In this document: piece by piece, positions 1 to 11,430 of the stretch
Position numbering within the stretch: the stretch's first letter is position 1
Layout of the letters: each line of letters opens with the position of its first letter
Assembly: GCA_011109175.1 (NCBI GenBank)
Contig: RDEW01000052.1
Location: 124,001 to 188,000, forward strand
Direction: 5' to 3'
Length of the DNA stretch: 64,000 nucleotides
Source: Dicyema japonicum
Lineage: Eukaryota; Animalia; Dicyemida
Made by a program: the position numbers and the translations under genes
The notes under the pieces: model-generated
Seen by the model: the letters and a program-made list of their open reading frames with translations, nothing else
Databases searched by the model: none
Told to the model about the DNA's origin: nothing

Positions 1-176
1 AAACATGTGTATTTCTTTAACTTTATGGTCTCAGCCTTCTCCGAAGCAGAGCCTGGCTTAGTTGTAGTCGTTGTAAGGTTGGAGGGAGAGAGGCTATTGA
101 CACAGGTGCCGTCCCAGGCAAGGTATTTACCACTTTCCCATGAGAAGAGAGTGGTTCCGTCAGGTCATCGGTTGGC

Positions 177-720
177 TTGAGCAAGTCCAAGCGGCTTCAA
201 TTTTTCTATGCCGATGACATAGTTGCCGCATCTAGGGACGTAAATGTCGAACATGCTAAAGAAAGACTACAAGGAATACTAAATAACATATTTGGTTGGT
301 TGTGTGAAAATCGATTGCATGTTCCGGTAAGTCAGCAGTCACTCTATTCACTAAAAATAGAAAGATAGAACGCAAACAATTGATGTCACCTTAAATGGAG
401 TACCTATACCACAAAAGAATTCGGAGAAGATACTGAGAGTAACTTTTGATACTTTTCCCTGCTTCTCAGCCTATGTGGAATCTATCATATCAACCTGTGC
501 AAAAAAGATCAATTTTGTCAAAGCTTTCCTTTGGAACTGTGGAAAAATTTATCCCCCAGGTGTCGGGACCAACTACAAGCAGCATATCCACCCAACAATA
601 GATTATGCATGTGCTGCTGAGGATCTAACTTGGCGGCAACGAAACTAATAAAAATTCAAGAGATCCAGTCAAAAGGAATCAATTTACTGAAAAAAATACG
701 GATAGAAAAATTGTCCCCAG
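177..720 (+). mobile_element. APE-type LINE reverse transcriptase relic (C-terminal RT and thumb region)
   Basis: ORF 177..368 contains QFFYADDIVAAS. Downstream broken frames read VTFDT..CAKKINFVKA..PTIDYAC, typical of the post-RT region of jockey/I-group LINEs. Confidence 0.75.
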
Positions 721-976
721 AACACTTGAGTCTATCATAGAGACAATTTCAGAAGAGGAGGGATAAAAGACCCCGTTAGAGTTTAATTTCGGAAATCTGT
801 TTTATAAGCTAAATGATAACTTTTTAAATATTCTATTTAATTAATATATTGAAACACGTGTCTAGGTTTCGAAATTTAGACTAAAATTAGCCACGTGGTC
901 TGGGTCCGGACGGGTTACGTTCTTGAGGTATTTTGGCAATCACATGGTATTCAGAATGGGAAACCTATTGTATAAA

Positions 977-1384
977 TTAATTTTTTACTTTAAGTGGAAT
1001 AAAAAACTTGCAAATTGTGCACTCTTGGACAATTCTTTCAATAATTTTCCGTTTTATTGAAAAATAGGAGTGCAAACATTCTTGATGCAGTTTACGAATC
1101 CCCGAATGGCTATTTCTATGGCTAGACTCCGCGATGGTTCGCATTTCAGACTCGTTGTCCATGCAAATAACCAGCCTGTGCTTTTCAATTTTTTCGTCTT
1201 TTAGGTATAATCGACCATGGATGACAGTAAATTTCTCGGATTTTTTGATTAATTTGTATTTTGCTTGTCTCGAAGATGTCTGAACAGGGCCACCATTTAG
1301 AATGCTCACTATAAATTGATATTCCATGCTATTTTTGACAAAGCCTATTTTCAGATACAGAAATAAACATTTTTTAGAGCACAT
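977..1384 (-). mobile_element. Integrase H2C2 zinc-binding domain, Ginger2/KRBA2-like transposase relic
   Basis: SHRNSHSGIRKLHQECLHSYFSIKRKIIERIVQECTICK fits the H-x-H...C-x2-C integrase zinc finger. It is homologous to the N-terminus of the rve element at 62.0-63.0 kb. Confidence 0.7.
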
Positions 1385-1549
1385 GTTGAATATTCATGAG
1401 TTACGACAAAATATATTAAATATGTCCGACACGATTAAAAATGATCAAACCCACATTAAGCATGACATTTGACAAGTGGCCTTAACAGCGATTGACAGGT
1501 GGCATGTAACCATCAGCGTAACCACCAATTCGATTTAAAAATAGCTTAA

Positions 1550-1810
1550 TTTCTATTTTTAAAACTATCGGCACGGATGTGAAACATAGACCTGTAATAC
1601 CAGTCGTATGAGATCCTGAAATTTATCATCCAGAATGGTACCCAAAACTCAATTGGGAATAGCGTTGAGCCAGGTTCTATTTTCGGAAGACATCTCCGAC
1701 AACACCAGGCACGGCTATGTTGGTTAGATGACACTAGCAGATCTAAAAAGTATTTCGGTATCGTCCAGGCTCGGCTGAGAAAATATGGAAGGTAAAAAAA
1801 ACTGATAGGT
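1550..1810 (-). mobile_element. CRE-clade retrotransposon fragment (pre-RLE region)
   Basis: Minus frame SSENRTWLNAIPN*VLGTILDD resembles SSRGSGAWLGAIPCPNLGTFLDD of the element at 17.0 kb. Confidence 0.55.
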
Positions 1811-1919
1811 ACAGCTCAGGTTTCACAAGCATGACCGGCGTCTTGTCAGTAGAGAATTCAGGGAGGGAGTGTAGAATCCTCTTGACAAGGGTGCTACCAA
1901 AATTATTATAATTGTGGTT

Positions 1920-3127
1920 TTGGGCCTCGATCCCCGATCACTAGGAATGAGATGAAGCATGTCCTCTTGAGAAAAAACAACTTCTATGCGAATCGCTGGA
2001 CAGATTACAGCTACTTGACTTACACTCAGCACTATTCCTCATGAAAAGAAGTCTTAACATTCAGAGAATCGCCTATTTACTCAGGACAGCTCCGTACTAT
2101 TCCCAACTGGAGCAGCTTGAGCATTTTGATTTGTCTTTACTCAGCTCGACGGAGCAAATATTTAATGTCAAATTCGACGATGCTGCATGGAAGCAAGCTA
2201 CACTCCCAGTTAGATTTGGGAGTCTTGGAATCCATCGTACTTTGGACGTCTCACTTCCTGCGCATCTGTCTTCACTCACGGCCTGTGAATCTTTGGTCAA
2301 GAGGATTCTACACTTCCTACACGAATTCTCACTTGCCCAAGACATAATCCACGCACGAAAAGCCTGGAATGCCACCAACCTCCCCCTGCCTCCTTCACAA
2401 GACTGCCAGCGAAACCTGGACAATTTATTGTGTGGAAATCATTTGGACTACTACTGGAATCAGCCAATCAGCACCGACGCGCTTGTTTGCTTTCGAGAGC
2501 TTCCCCTGAGAGCGGAGCTTGACAAAACGCCATCCCAAATTGAGCCCTGGACACCTTTCTAGATAATGAATGCGCTAGAAGTGGTATCTCTCTGCGGCTG
2601 AGACTGAAAGTATTTGCATTTCACCCATTCAGATGTGGCATCCTGATAGACTACTGCTATGGCCTGCAAGAGGAGCGCTGGCAGATCTCCAAGGCACAAG
2701 GCTCTGAATGAGATTGTCAAGCGGACAATGGATGCTGCTGGATACCATTCTTGAACCGGACGGGTTATACAAAGTGACGGGAAACGACCGGACGGGTGAC
2801 CATATTTCTCTTTAAAGGCCGGGAAACCACTTGTTTGGGATGTGACATGTACAGACACGTTCGCCCAGAACGTTCTTCACGAGTGCGCTTCAAGGGGTGA
2901 AGGCCAAACTCAAAAAATACGTCGACCTTCTCGATAATGTAATATTTGTTCCCCTTGCTATTGAGACTTTTGGATCCTACCCCTCTACACTCGAGTTTTT
3001 TAAACGTCTCGGAAACCGGATCATCTCGTGCACTGGAGATCTCCGCGAACGCCGCTGGCTGTTCGAGCGAATTTCGCTCGCAATTCTGAGAGGGAACAGC
3101 CATGCATTGATGGCGGCATCCGACTAA
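1920..3127 (+). mobile_element. 5'-truncated CRE-clade non-LTR retrotransposon (thumb, CCHC zinc knuckle, RLE), frameshifted
   Basis: WKQATLPVRFGSLG; RPDG-type RLE motif near 2785; VPLAIETFG; terminal ERISLAILRGNSHALMAASD* followed by a T-run/A-run tail. Confidence 0.9.
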
Positions 3128-3414
3128 ATAATGTTTTGCCCTTATGTTTTTTAATTAAAAAAAATTTTTTTGATCAAAATAAAAGCTGTCATGTGGCGTG
3201 ACCTTCAATGACAATTTCTTTGACAGCCCACGTGAGTAAAAAATCTATAAATTATAGTGGTTTGTATGAAAAAACCCAGTGTACTGTTATTCTAGCTGCA
3301 TAACCTTTAACCCTATTTAAAGGTATATTTAACATTTGCCTATTAATTTACGAGTATAATTACTGATTCTTTTCTATTTATTTTTTTTAAATTTATAAGA
3401 AATCTAAAAATGCC

Positions 3415-3535
3415 GACGACCTGGACAACATGAGAGCATTGGCTAACAACAGGGAAGTATGGAAAAGAATGACATCTAACCCTGTTTCTTTTGCTGCACA
3501 TGCTCGTGAAGTGCTTAAATAATAATAATTAAATT
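3415..3535 (+). mobile_element. RTE-clade LINE 3' end with (TAA)n tail
   Basis: DDLDNMRALANNREVWKRMT...AREVLK* matches DDLDLLRDLAKNRRAWSNLT of the RTE at 28.8 kb. The tail is aataataataa. Confidence 0.7.
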
Positions 3536-3639
3536 TATAAATATAACGTTGTCACTAGAAAAACGTGTTTTTTAATTTAATTTTTTAATTAAATTAATTA
3601 AGTTTGTTATTGAAAATTAAACAGTTTTAAGAGCACTTA

Positions 3640-3720
3640 ATTTACGGAGCTTGAATGGCCATGCTGTTTCACTGACAATGGTTTTCTCCGACCCTGATAC
3701 GCTCGACTTGTAAAATGGAA
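3640..3720 (-). mobile_element. CRE-clade 3' stub
   Basis: Minus strand ERI...NSMAIQAP* matches ERISLAIVRGNSMAIQMP* at 24.0 kb and is followed by an AT-rich tail. Confidence 0.55.
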
Positions 3721-4559
3721 AGAACTTGTTAATATAGCGAATTGTGGCCACCCGCTACACCGTCAGTCGAGTCTCTAAAGAGATGCAGGAAGCTGTCAGA
3801 GAAAGATCCAATCTCAAGCAAAATTTGCATATTCTTCAAACAAGAACTTATGTTCCTCAGGTGAGGGGGTTCCGGCCAAGTTGATATCAACTTTTCAGTT
3901 CGGAAGTCCTAGTTGCTTCTATTTTGAAATATCCAGACCGAATCTGAAAGAGGAAACAGCATAGATCCATTCCAAGAGTAGTCTAGGACAGGTTAATATA
4001 CAGCCAACTCCTCGCGATGAGGAGCGGACGCTATTTCATTTTTAAGTTTAGAAAGATCGTCTCTTCTTTCCCCAGTGGACCTTTTTCCATATTAAAATCT
4101 TCGCCAAATCAAGACTAAGGGTAAAACTGACTAATTCTCTGATCCGACACGTTCTAGCAGAACCCTTACCCATGCACAGTGATTCAGAGGACGTTGTCCG
4201 GGAATCTGAGGTCGATTCCGGAACTTGTCTCCGGGGGACGAAATTGTCTCTGTTGCAGCTTTTATGAGCACTTTCTTCACACTTCTTCATTTTCAGTGTT
4301 TTTAAGGCAACTGTAAAACAAATCTCAACCTTCATCATTTCTTCAAACTGTGCATAGCAACTCGATCCAATTCATTGTGGACTCAGGAGATATCGAAAAT
4401 CCTACGTTTTCAACTCGATCAGCTACGCCAGGGTTCAACTCCTTTCAGGCCAAATTGGAGGAACCTAGACAAAAAAGCTTTTTGTGGAAGAGAATTACTA
4501 TGTAGTCTAATTCACCCCATACTACAGTGGTTCTTTCATTATTAGAAAACAAAAATTTA

Positions 4560-5060
4560 ATTAACACCCAAGACCACGGTAAAATCTAAGCTAACTATCA
4601 CGTGATCCCGATACGTTCCGCCAAAATCCTCATTCTTTCCCGGTACTCCTCCCTCGTACCCACACAAGCTCGTACTGGGCGGCTGACTGTATTTGCAGGG
4701 CCACCTTCCCGCATGCTGGAGTTTTGTTTAATGAGGGCCTCCAGAGTAGTTGGTCCGGTTCTGTGTCTCCCACAAGACCACCGCTCCGTCATTCTGAAAG
4801 CCTTCTTTTGAACGTCTTCGATTTTCTTAGTGTTCGTCCATGATAATGAAGTTCCTCACGAAGCACACGTGTAGGAGAAGCATGGTTCGATATATTGCCT
4901 GTAAATGTTCATCAAGACTGGGTGGGTACCTGTCTTCAATAGTCCAGATAAACATTTTAATGTATTGATCCTCTTCTCGCACTTCAGAACAATGCTTGCC
5001 ACGTGTGGTGACAAACATAAGTGCGTGTCCTTTTTTGGAAGTGGTCAATATCACTTTATT
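4560..5060 (-). mobile_element. LINE family B (APE-type) 3' portion ending ...RIGIT*
   Basis: HVASIVLKCEKRINTLKCLSG..NIYRQYIEPCFSYTCAS..KKIEDVQKKAFR (post-RT LINE region); ends TREEYRERMRILAERIGIT* then tagttagcttag. Confidence 0.75.
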
Positions 5061-5189
5061 TATTTTATTATTTGTCAATATCACTTAATAAATCAAACTA
5101 AATTAACAGCATAACTAAGTTTACAAAAAATTATAAAATTTAAATCTAAATTAAATTTTAAAATATTATTATTTAAAAGAAAATTTAAA

Positions 5190-5803
5190 AATATTCTCTT
5201 TTTTCTCCCCAAAACAGACATAGATAAGGTTTTCTGATTTGAGCCACTGGAGATTCAAACTCAGACATTTTTGCATTGCAGGCTTCCATTATCAGTTCGC
5301 GTATTGGATGTTTCCTGAATTCAAGAAAGGGAATGGGAGATGGAGACATTAAGTGTACTAGAGCTATGGATGAGTGCAATAGAGTAATCAACATATAACT
5401 TGATTCAGGTCGTTTTTGGGGGAAAGGAGACAATTAAGTTTGTCTGAGGCAGAAGCCATTGCGCTCTTCTGGATTCTTGTAATCGAGTCGATTGTTTCCA
5501 CAAACTTTATAGTGCTGAGACCGACTACTCGAGACGTCACGACATAATTCAGTCGGAAAAAAGTTCTGCCTGTCAGCCTCTAATTATCTTTTGCTCCAGA
5601 ACCAATGGATCCTAAGAAGTAGAGTTAATTAATCTCCAATTAAGGTACATCCAGTTCCCATAGAGGGAGTGAAGCGCATCTTTCCAAACATTAGGTTCAT
5701 CAATGTTCGCTATCGTGGAGATTCCTCCACAGATGTAGAGAAGAGATAGATCCTTTTTAGTTGCCGAGCAGACACTGGCCGTCAAATTAGAAAAGTGGCT
5801 CAA
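5190..5803 (-). mobile_element. Degenerate LINE post-RT fragment
   Basis: HFSNLTASVCSATKK..LYICGG and TRIQKSAM are similar to the post-RT segments of the other LINEs here. Confidence 0.45.
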
Positions 5804-6439
5804 CTAACATCTCTAAAATTTTGTTGGAGGTATAAAGCACAACCAAGTAGATAGCAGTGTGATAATCGAATATAAAGCTAATCACGACAGCACTGAAAAA
5901 GACATAAATATAGAACGTGGGGACCCTTAACAAGAATAGTCAAAAGAGTAGTCATCAACACCGGGAAAGAGGAAACCTTAATAAAAATGGTCAGGAGTAT
6001 ATTCGAATTCTTCGATTGAACAAATAAATTCGACAGCAATAACAATTAAGCTACCGAAAAACTAGAATAGGAAATAACCAAAATAAATAAAGTCTCTAAA
6101 ATTTGACAATTTTGGTTCTTTCATATTTGGTGGTGATTGGTAGTAATTTTTCATATTTTCAATTTCCAAGATTAATTGTACAGCAAGACCTCACGAATCT
6201 GCCGATTTTGGGACTGGCCAAAATGGGCAAGTTTCATATAACCGGGAAGGTCTTATGAAATATTATAGGAACCCTGGTGAATGACACTATTATTCACATC
6301 AAAGCTGAAATCGTTGGTATATCAAAAAATCAGCCTGAGTTTAAAAAAGAAATGAGAAAGCACTGTAATGTGTCATTAACCCAAATTTATGATCGTTCTG
6401 AAGTTGATGAATTTAAAAAAAATCCAATTGGTGTATGTC

Positions 6440-6545
6440 CTTGTCGAGGGAGGAGCACCGGACCAAGTTGAGGTCTCTGCTAAAGCGTGCTGGGATCACG
6501 TGATTAGTTAGTTTGCGAAACCGTGGTCTCTGGTGTTATTGTTAA
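6440..6545 (+). mobile_element. LINE family B 3' stub
   Basis: SREEHRTKLRSLLKRAGIT* followed by ttagttagtt..accgtggtc, homologous to the 4560-4620 end. Confidence 0.7.
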
Positions 6546-6689
6546 TTGGGGAACAACTCTACAATTTGGAAAAAGATTGTATTTCAATAAATATGAAAAA
6601 ATAAATTCAATATTTATGGAAATTTAAAAAATCGATGATGTTTTAAAAAATATGTAATATACAGAATTTTGAAGTCGTTTTAGCTTGTG

Positions 6690-6790
6690 AATACAGCAAC
6701 ATTTTATAGGCAAAGGACCTAGGAGTGATCAAAAATTTCAAGTCACATTTCGACAAAATGAAATTGCCGACGTTATTCAAAAATTGTAAA
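6690..6790 (+). mobile_element. Possible pogo/Tigger DDE transposase relic
   Basis: DLGVIKNFKSHF resembles the QPxDxGVIxxFKxxY DDE_1 motif. The match is very short. Confidence 0.3.
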
Positions 6791-7129
6791 AAAATCACCT
6801 TATATATGTCTGAATGCTCTTTTTTACCAATGAATGCTCTTTTTTTCTTTTTTCGTGTGAGTCCTTTTAGACGATCTTATTGACTTATGGCTGTGCTTAT
6901 GTCAAAAAATACGACTTCTCTTAGCTACTCCCAAGTAACTGAAAGAGTAGGGAAGTCAAAATATTCTTTACTATGTAAGACTGATACTAATCATTACCAA
7001 AGACGTCCAAATTTAAAAAATTCTTTTAATCTGAAAAAGTTAGATTGAAACGAAAAGTTGTTGATTTGTTTAAGTTATTTTCAAAATTTTGGATGACTGT
7101 TGAAAATCATAAAATACTTCAAATTTTTA

Positions 7130-8223
7130 ATTTTCTCCAGGACAAATGTCAAAGAAGATTACGTTTATAGAAAACGAGGTATTGATATTGCAGACACTCT
7201 TGAAATTCTAAAATCTTCTAAACTGTTCAGTGTTCACATTACACAGTACCAGACAGTTCACCCATCACGGGTATATGTGAGCTCAAAGGTAGAACACAGC
7301 CAAGTTGAAAACTCTGCTAAGACGTGTCGAGATCACAGTTACTATTTCTGATATTTACTTGTGATCTGCATCTGCCAGGAACAAAAGAATTTAGAGCGCA
7401 CGTGCGTTCCAAGAAAATACACGGAGAAGGTGAGGAGGTCACTGATAAAGATCTTTAATGATCATTCCATTCTCCCAATAAATAGTGGTAATTCTTGCTC
7501 TCTAAATAAATGATTCCCCGCCTATACATTTCGGTTAATTCTACACATTCGGTTAACGTTCCACGCATCTCGATGCCTTGGCCTGACGAGTGACGCCGTC
7601 AACAGTGAACATTTTACTGCGGAACTTGATCTTGTATAAAGGATATACACCCAACAAAAAAGAAGTAAAGAGCATTCCTTGGTTCTCTCTCATAGTCATG
7701 ATAACACTTTACTTAAAATAAAGTGTTTGTCCACCTGAGCGGAGCTATAACTACATGGCTCTGCGTAAAAGTACATTTTGTAACAGTTCACGTTGATGTG
7801 AAGATAACTCATGCTGAACCTCCAATTATAGATCATGAATGGTGCTCATCCTTTGGAGCAAGATGAACGGGTGTGTGAAGAGAGGTCGTAATGATGAGGT
7901 GAAAGATATAAATATCAACGATGAAAGCAAAATTAAGGATAACTATATTTACAGATCACGAAATCTTACAGTAATTCGAGAAAATCCAAGTGAGTACCTT
8001 TCCCGTGATATATCCCCGGCTCTTATTTCCTCAATGTTTTCTGGTTCTAGTTGATGAAGATTATTTTCACTTGTCACAAAATCTCCATGCAACATTTTCA
8101 CTTATTATGCCACACAGCATTGCTCTGAATTTTACGATGTATTATCTCATTGCTCCGAAATCATGGAATGCTGGATTTCTGGAGAGTTCCGGCCTTGATC
8201 ATCTTGTTGACCAATCTCTGTAA
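7130..8223 (+). pseudogene. Unidentified multi-exon gene or relic, interrupted by a SINE fragment
   Basis: GTGAGT...TTCTAG intron (about 7990-8050) joins ORFs 7839..8054 and 7990..8223 in frame. A candidate 21-nt intron GTGAGGAGGTCACTGATAAAG lies near 7430. No family recognised. Confidence 0.3.
7555..7680 (+). mobile_element. SINE body fragment (homologous to SINE at 36.6-36.8 kb)
   Basis: gttccacgcatc..gatgc..acgagtgacgccgtca.cagt..tgcggaac is shared with the reverse complement of 36635-36712. Confidence 0.65.
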
Positions 8224-8559
8224 TAAACAGGACGAATTTGACACGTCTACAAGACACATAGGCGTACATTTGGTAGCCCTCGAGCAGACAGTGGAATAGT
8301 TTCCTTTAAGTAAATAATGTTCGATCGAGTCAAGACTGCAATTATTTATTTAAAACCCCGGGATCACCAGAAAGAAAAACAACAAAACGTCAAAAAGTTT
8401 GGTAATCCAGTTCCCGTAATCAATCGACCCGTCTGTGGACTTCCATTGTTCCCACTACGCAATAAATCAGTGAATCGATTTTAATGCTTTGAAAAAATGT
8501 CTTGTAAATAAATAATAAATTTTTTTAGATTTAATTTTTTATTAAAAACAATGTAATTA

Positions 8560-8680
8560 ATTTTAAACCATGTAGATTAGCGGCCAGGTTGTTTTCTCTG
8601 ACAATAGCGATCGATATACGCTCTATAAGTCATCCAGTCTCACGTAGATCCTAGGTGACCATTTGGATCATTGAACCGAT
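8560..8680 (-). mobile_element. CRE-clade 3' stub
   Basis: IGSMIQMVT*DLRETG*LIERISIAIVRENN, followed by an AT-rich tail. Confidence 0.7.
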
Positions 8681-8699
8681 CTGGTGGACTAATCTCTAG

Positions 8700-9400
8700 C
8701 ATTAGTAACCTAATTAGGTGATCATAGTTCCCCTTATTTCTCTCGCCATCTTAATCTTGTGCTCACGAAAGATCCAACCGCTTCCCGGGAGTGTCTGGAC
8801 TTGTGCCTACGCAGGAAGTTGATGAGGGACTGATGACAGGTTATTTCAGATCGCGCAACTGGCTCCGACAGTGGGGTGACGAGAGTAGGATTCTTCGACT
8901 CAGCAAAAAGCGTAGTCTTTTGTTAATTTTATCCAAGGACGACGCTGATTGTGCGCACTTACATGAATCCAAGGGATAGTAGAATATGATTTTTTTACTT
9001 ATTTTGCTTGGCGTAATTAGGTCCTCCTATTTCGGCGGCGGCCATTTACTCTTTACTTGGGAACTGAATATACTTAATTGACGGGCGAATTCCTAAAGAA
9101 TCGGATTTCTAAACACATTGGAGATCTCCTTGAGTGCTGCTGGCTATTTGAGCGAATCTCGACAATCTTCCTTTCCACTCTGTCCATCATGCCTTCTTGA
9201 CTACCAGAATACTTCTTGTCAAGGCTCGCCTCAAGTTCTCCACAGCACCACATACACCCGACGGATATCTGAGAGCGTCTGCAATTGGTTGTGACGTTCC
9301 TGCTAGTCACCAATTTCCTTCACTCAAAGGGACTGGGAGTAAATAAATCTATCACACAAAATCCAGAGTATATATGGGAGTTACTGTTGACCGCTATAAA
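8700..9400 (-). mobile_element. LINE family B 3' portion
   Basis: Post-RT similarity in ORF 9074..9313; ends ...ATGATCACCTAATTAGG (MIT* then ttag), like the other family B ends. Confidence 0.5.
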
Positions 9401-9501
9401 CCCTAAACTTTTTAAATCGAATGTTCTTAATTTATATTACCTGTCGACGCAGTAGAATCCTAGGAAAATTTAAAATCTACCTGTGGAGAAGGAAATAAAA
9501 C

Positions 9502-9880
9502 ATGGAGTCCTTCCGCGCGATTGGTGTCGAGACAACGAGAAGTATTCCTGGTCTTCCTCAATTATTCCCTGCAGTATTCCCTGGTCTTCCTCAAGAAACT
9601 CAGGCGTATACACATCGCATATTTGCAATTTGTTTCATAATCTTATCGAATTGTGGTGCTGTTACTCCATTAATCACACGTGTCTCGATATTAAAGAATT
9701 CATTAATTATCGATTATAGGAACCATCTGTTTCATTTATTCTATTGGAATGGTTTCTACAACTTCAAGGATGGGATGTTTGCTATAGTTTTTGATTCTCA
9801 GTGGCCTTGTCTGTGATATTGTATCGATTGGGTTATTGTCAGGAAACTTAGAAATGAATGGAGTGATTGAGAATACATAA
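9502..9880 (+). CDS. Possible small multi-pass membrane protein (unidentified)
   Basis: ATG ORF with hydrophobic stretch RIFAICFIILSNCGAV. A second frame carries further hydrophobic segments, with a probable short intron near 9680-9720. Confidence 0.25.
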
Positions 9881-9899
9881 AGACCGGAACTAGGTAACT

Positions 9900-11400
9900 G
9901 TGATTTCGATATGTCCCAACGAGACCTTAACTTAGTTTGGTACAGCTCTCCTGAGCCACAAATTTAATTCACTTTTGATTGACACTTGTTTTTATAGGAA
10001 AATGCGTGTACCTACTACGAGTATTGAACTTTTAAATAAAATCCGCCGTAGACATGGGTGTTGTCCTATGTGCAGCTTCAGATAAATGATCTTCCAAGAT
10101 CTTTCAATTTTGGCTGGACGAGATTCATAGATGAATCTTAGAAATTCGTATTTTGATGTTTTCTGGTTCATTCATTCTCATCCAACATCAAGGAGAACCC
10201 TTCTTTCTCCGACATAGAAATTATTATCCTTGAGGTATCGAGCATTTCATTGACTCAATGAACACACATCCATCGTCTTCTAAGGGCAGTTAGTTAAATA
10301 ACCCCGGGCTCACTAACTTGAGGGAGACGGGTTCTACATCTTAGCGTTTTTTGAGAAACTATATACTCGTCGTTGCACTTCCACGACTAAAACATTATAT
10401 GCCCATTAAATATTGAGACATCCTTCCGGGGGTAAAGATAACTTTGAATGACAATGTCACGGGGATCATTTTGATATCAGAAAAAAGGAAATTTACATAA
10501 GTAATGAAAACTGGGAGGTGATCCGACATCATTCCAAAGGTGACAAAAGCTTCCCCGAAGATGACTATAGGCTAAAATATGTTACGCCAAAATCCCCCAC
10601 AAGGACCATAAAGTTGGCTGTCTCTCCTTCTCCCCTTAGAAATAACCAGAATTCTTATATTTTCTGCGACGGTTAATACAAATTTAATTCCGTTCAAACT
10701 TGTACACGTCCGTTCCATTTGGGACCTGAAACACCGAAAATGCTTTGATAGACCGGTTTCGATCCTTTGCTCTATGTCCATTTTCATAAGTTCCTCCTTT
10801 CGAAAATCACGGATATTCCACCTGCTATCCAGTTTCGCCATGGTTTTATAAAAGAATGATCACATGTATTTATCGCGGAATTTCGAACATATGCTAAAAA
10901 AATACAAGATCAGATTTCCAAAACAACGGGATTGCCAGCCAACTACTCCTAAAAATACTAAACAAGTAGTATATCTAGCCATGCATCCGTCCTTAGAATC
11001 AATCCATCCCCCGAATAGAAAAGCGTATAGATTGAAAGAAGAGCTGATCCATGAAAAGAAAAGACTTTCACCAAGCACCTTGGAAACACGAATTTGTCAA
11101 AGCATAGCGGTTTACTTGTTGTCTCGTATAGTTTTCTGTCCACCATGGTATGTGCAAATTCAATGGAAAAACACAGAGGCAAGGTAATAGCTCTCCTGGG
11201 TAGGACACTATCGAAGCCAAAGCTATAAAACAAAAAAAACATAATTTTATGCCAAAATTCTCAGAACATAATGACACTACACAAAAAAGGACATAACTAT
11301 TAATAGGATGAAGACTTCAAGAAACTATCACCATGACAACATCTACAGTCCACCAAATAGTACTCACTCCTACACACAAACACTAACAAGACAGTTAAAA
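9900..11400 (-). CDS. Unidentified multi-exon gene with micro-introns, directly downstream of RPN9
   Basis: Candidate introns GTGAGTACTATTTGGTGGACTGTAG (25 nt), GTTATGTCCTTTTTTGTGTAG (21 nt) and GTCTATCAAAGCATTTTCGGTGTTTCAG (28 nt). Overlapping minus ORFs have hydrophobic segments. The exact frame is unresolved. Confidence 0.4.
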
Positions 11401-11430
11401 ACAATATCAGGAAAGAATGTTAGGACAAAC

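Noticed and set aside
4560-6545. Inverted repeat (4560-4610 vs 6490-6545) as TIRs of a 2-kb DNA transposon
   Set aside because: Both are 3' ends of LINE family B (GIT* plus UTR) in opposite orientation, and no transposase lies between them.
7580-7625. Hammerhead ribozyme in the SINE body (CTGACGA / CTGATGA)
   Set aside because: No GAAA follows stem II in either copy or strand. The other CTGATGA hits (8829, 12907, 33212) also lack the core.
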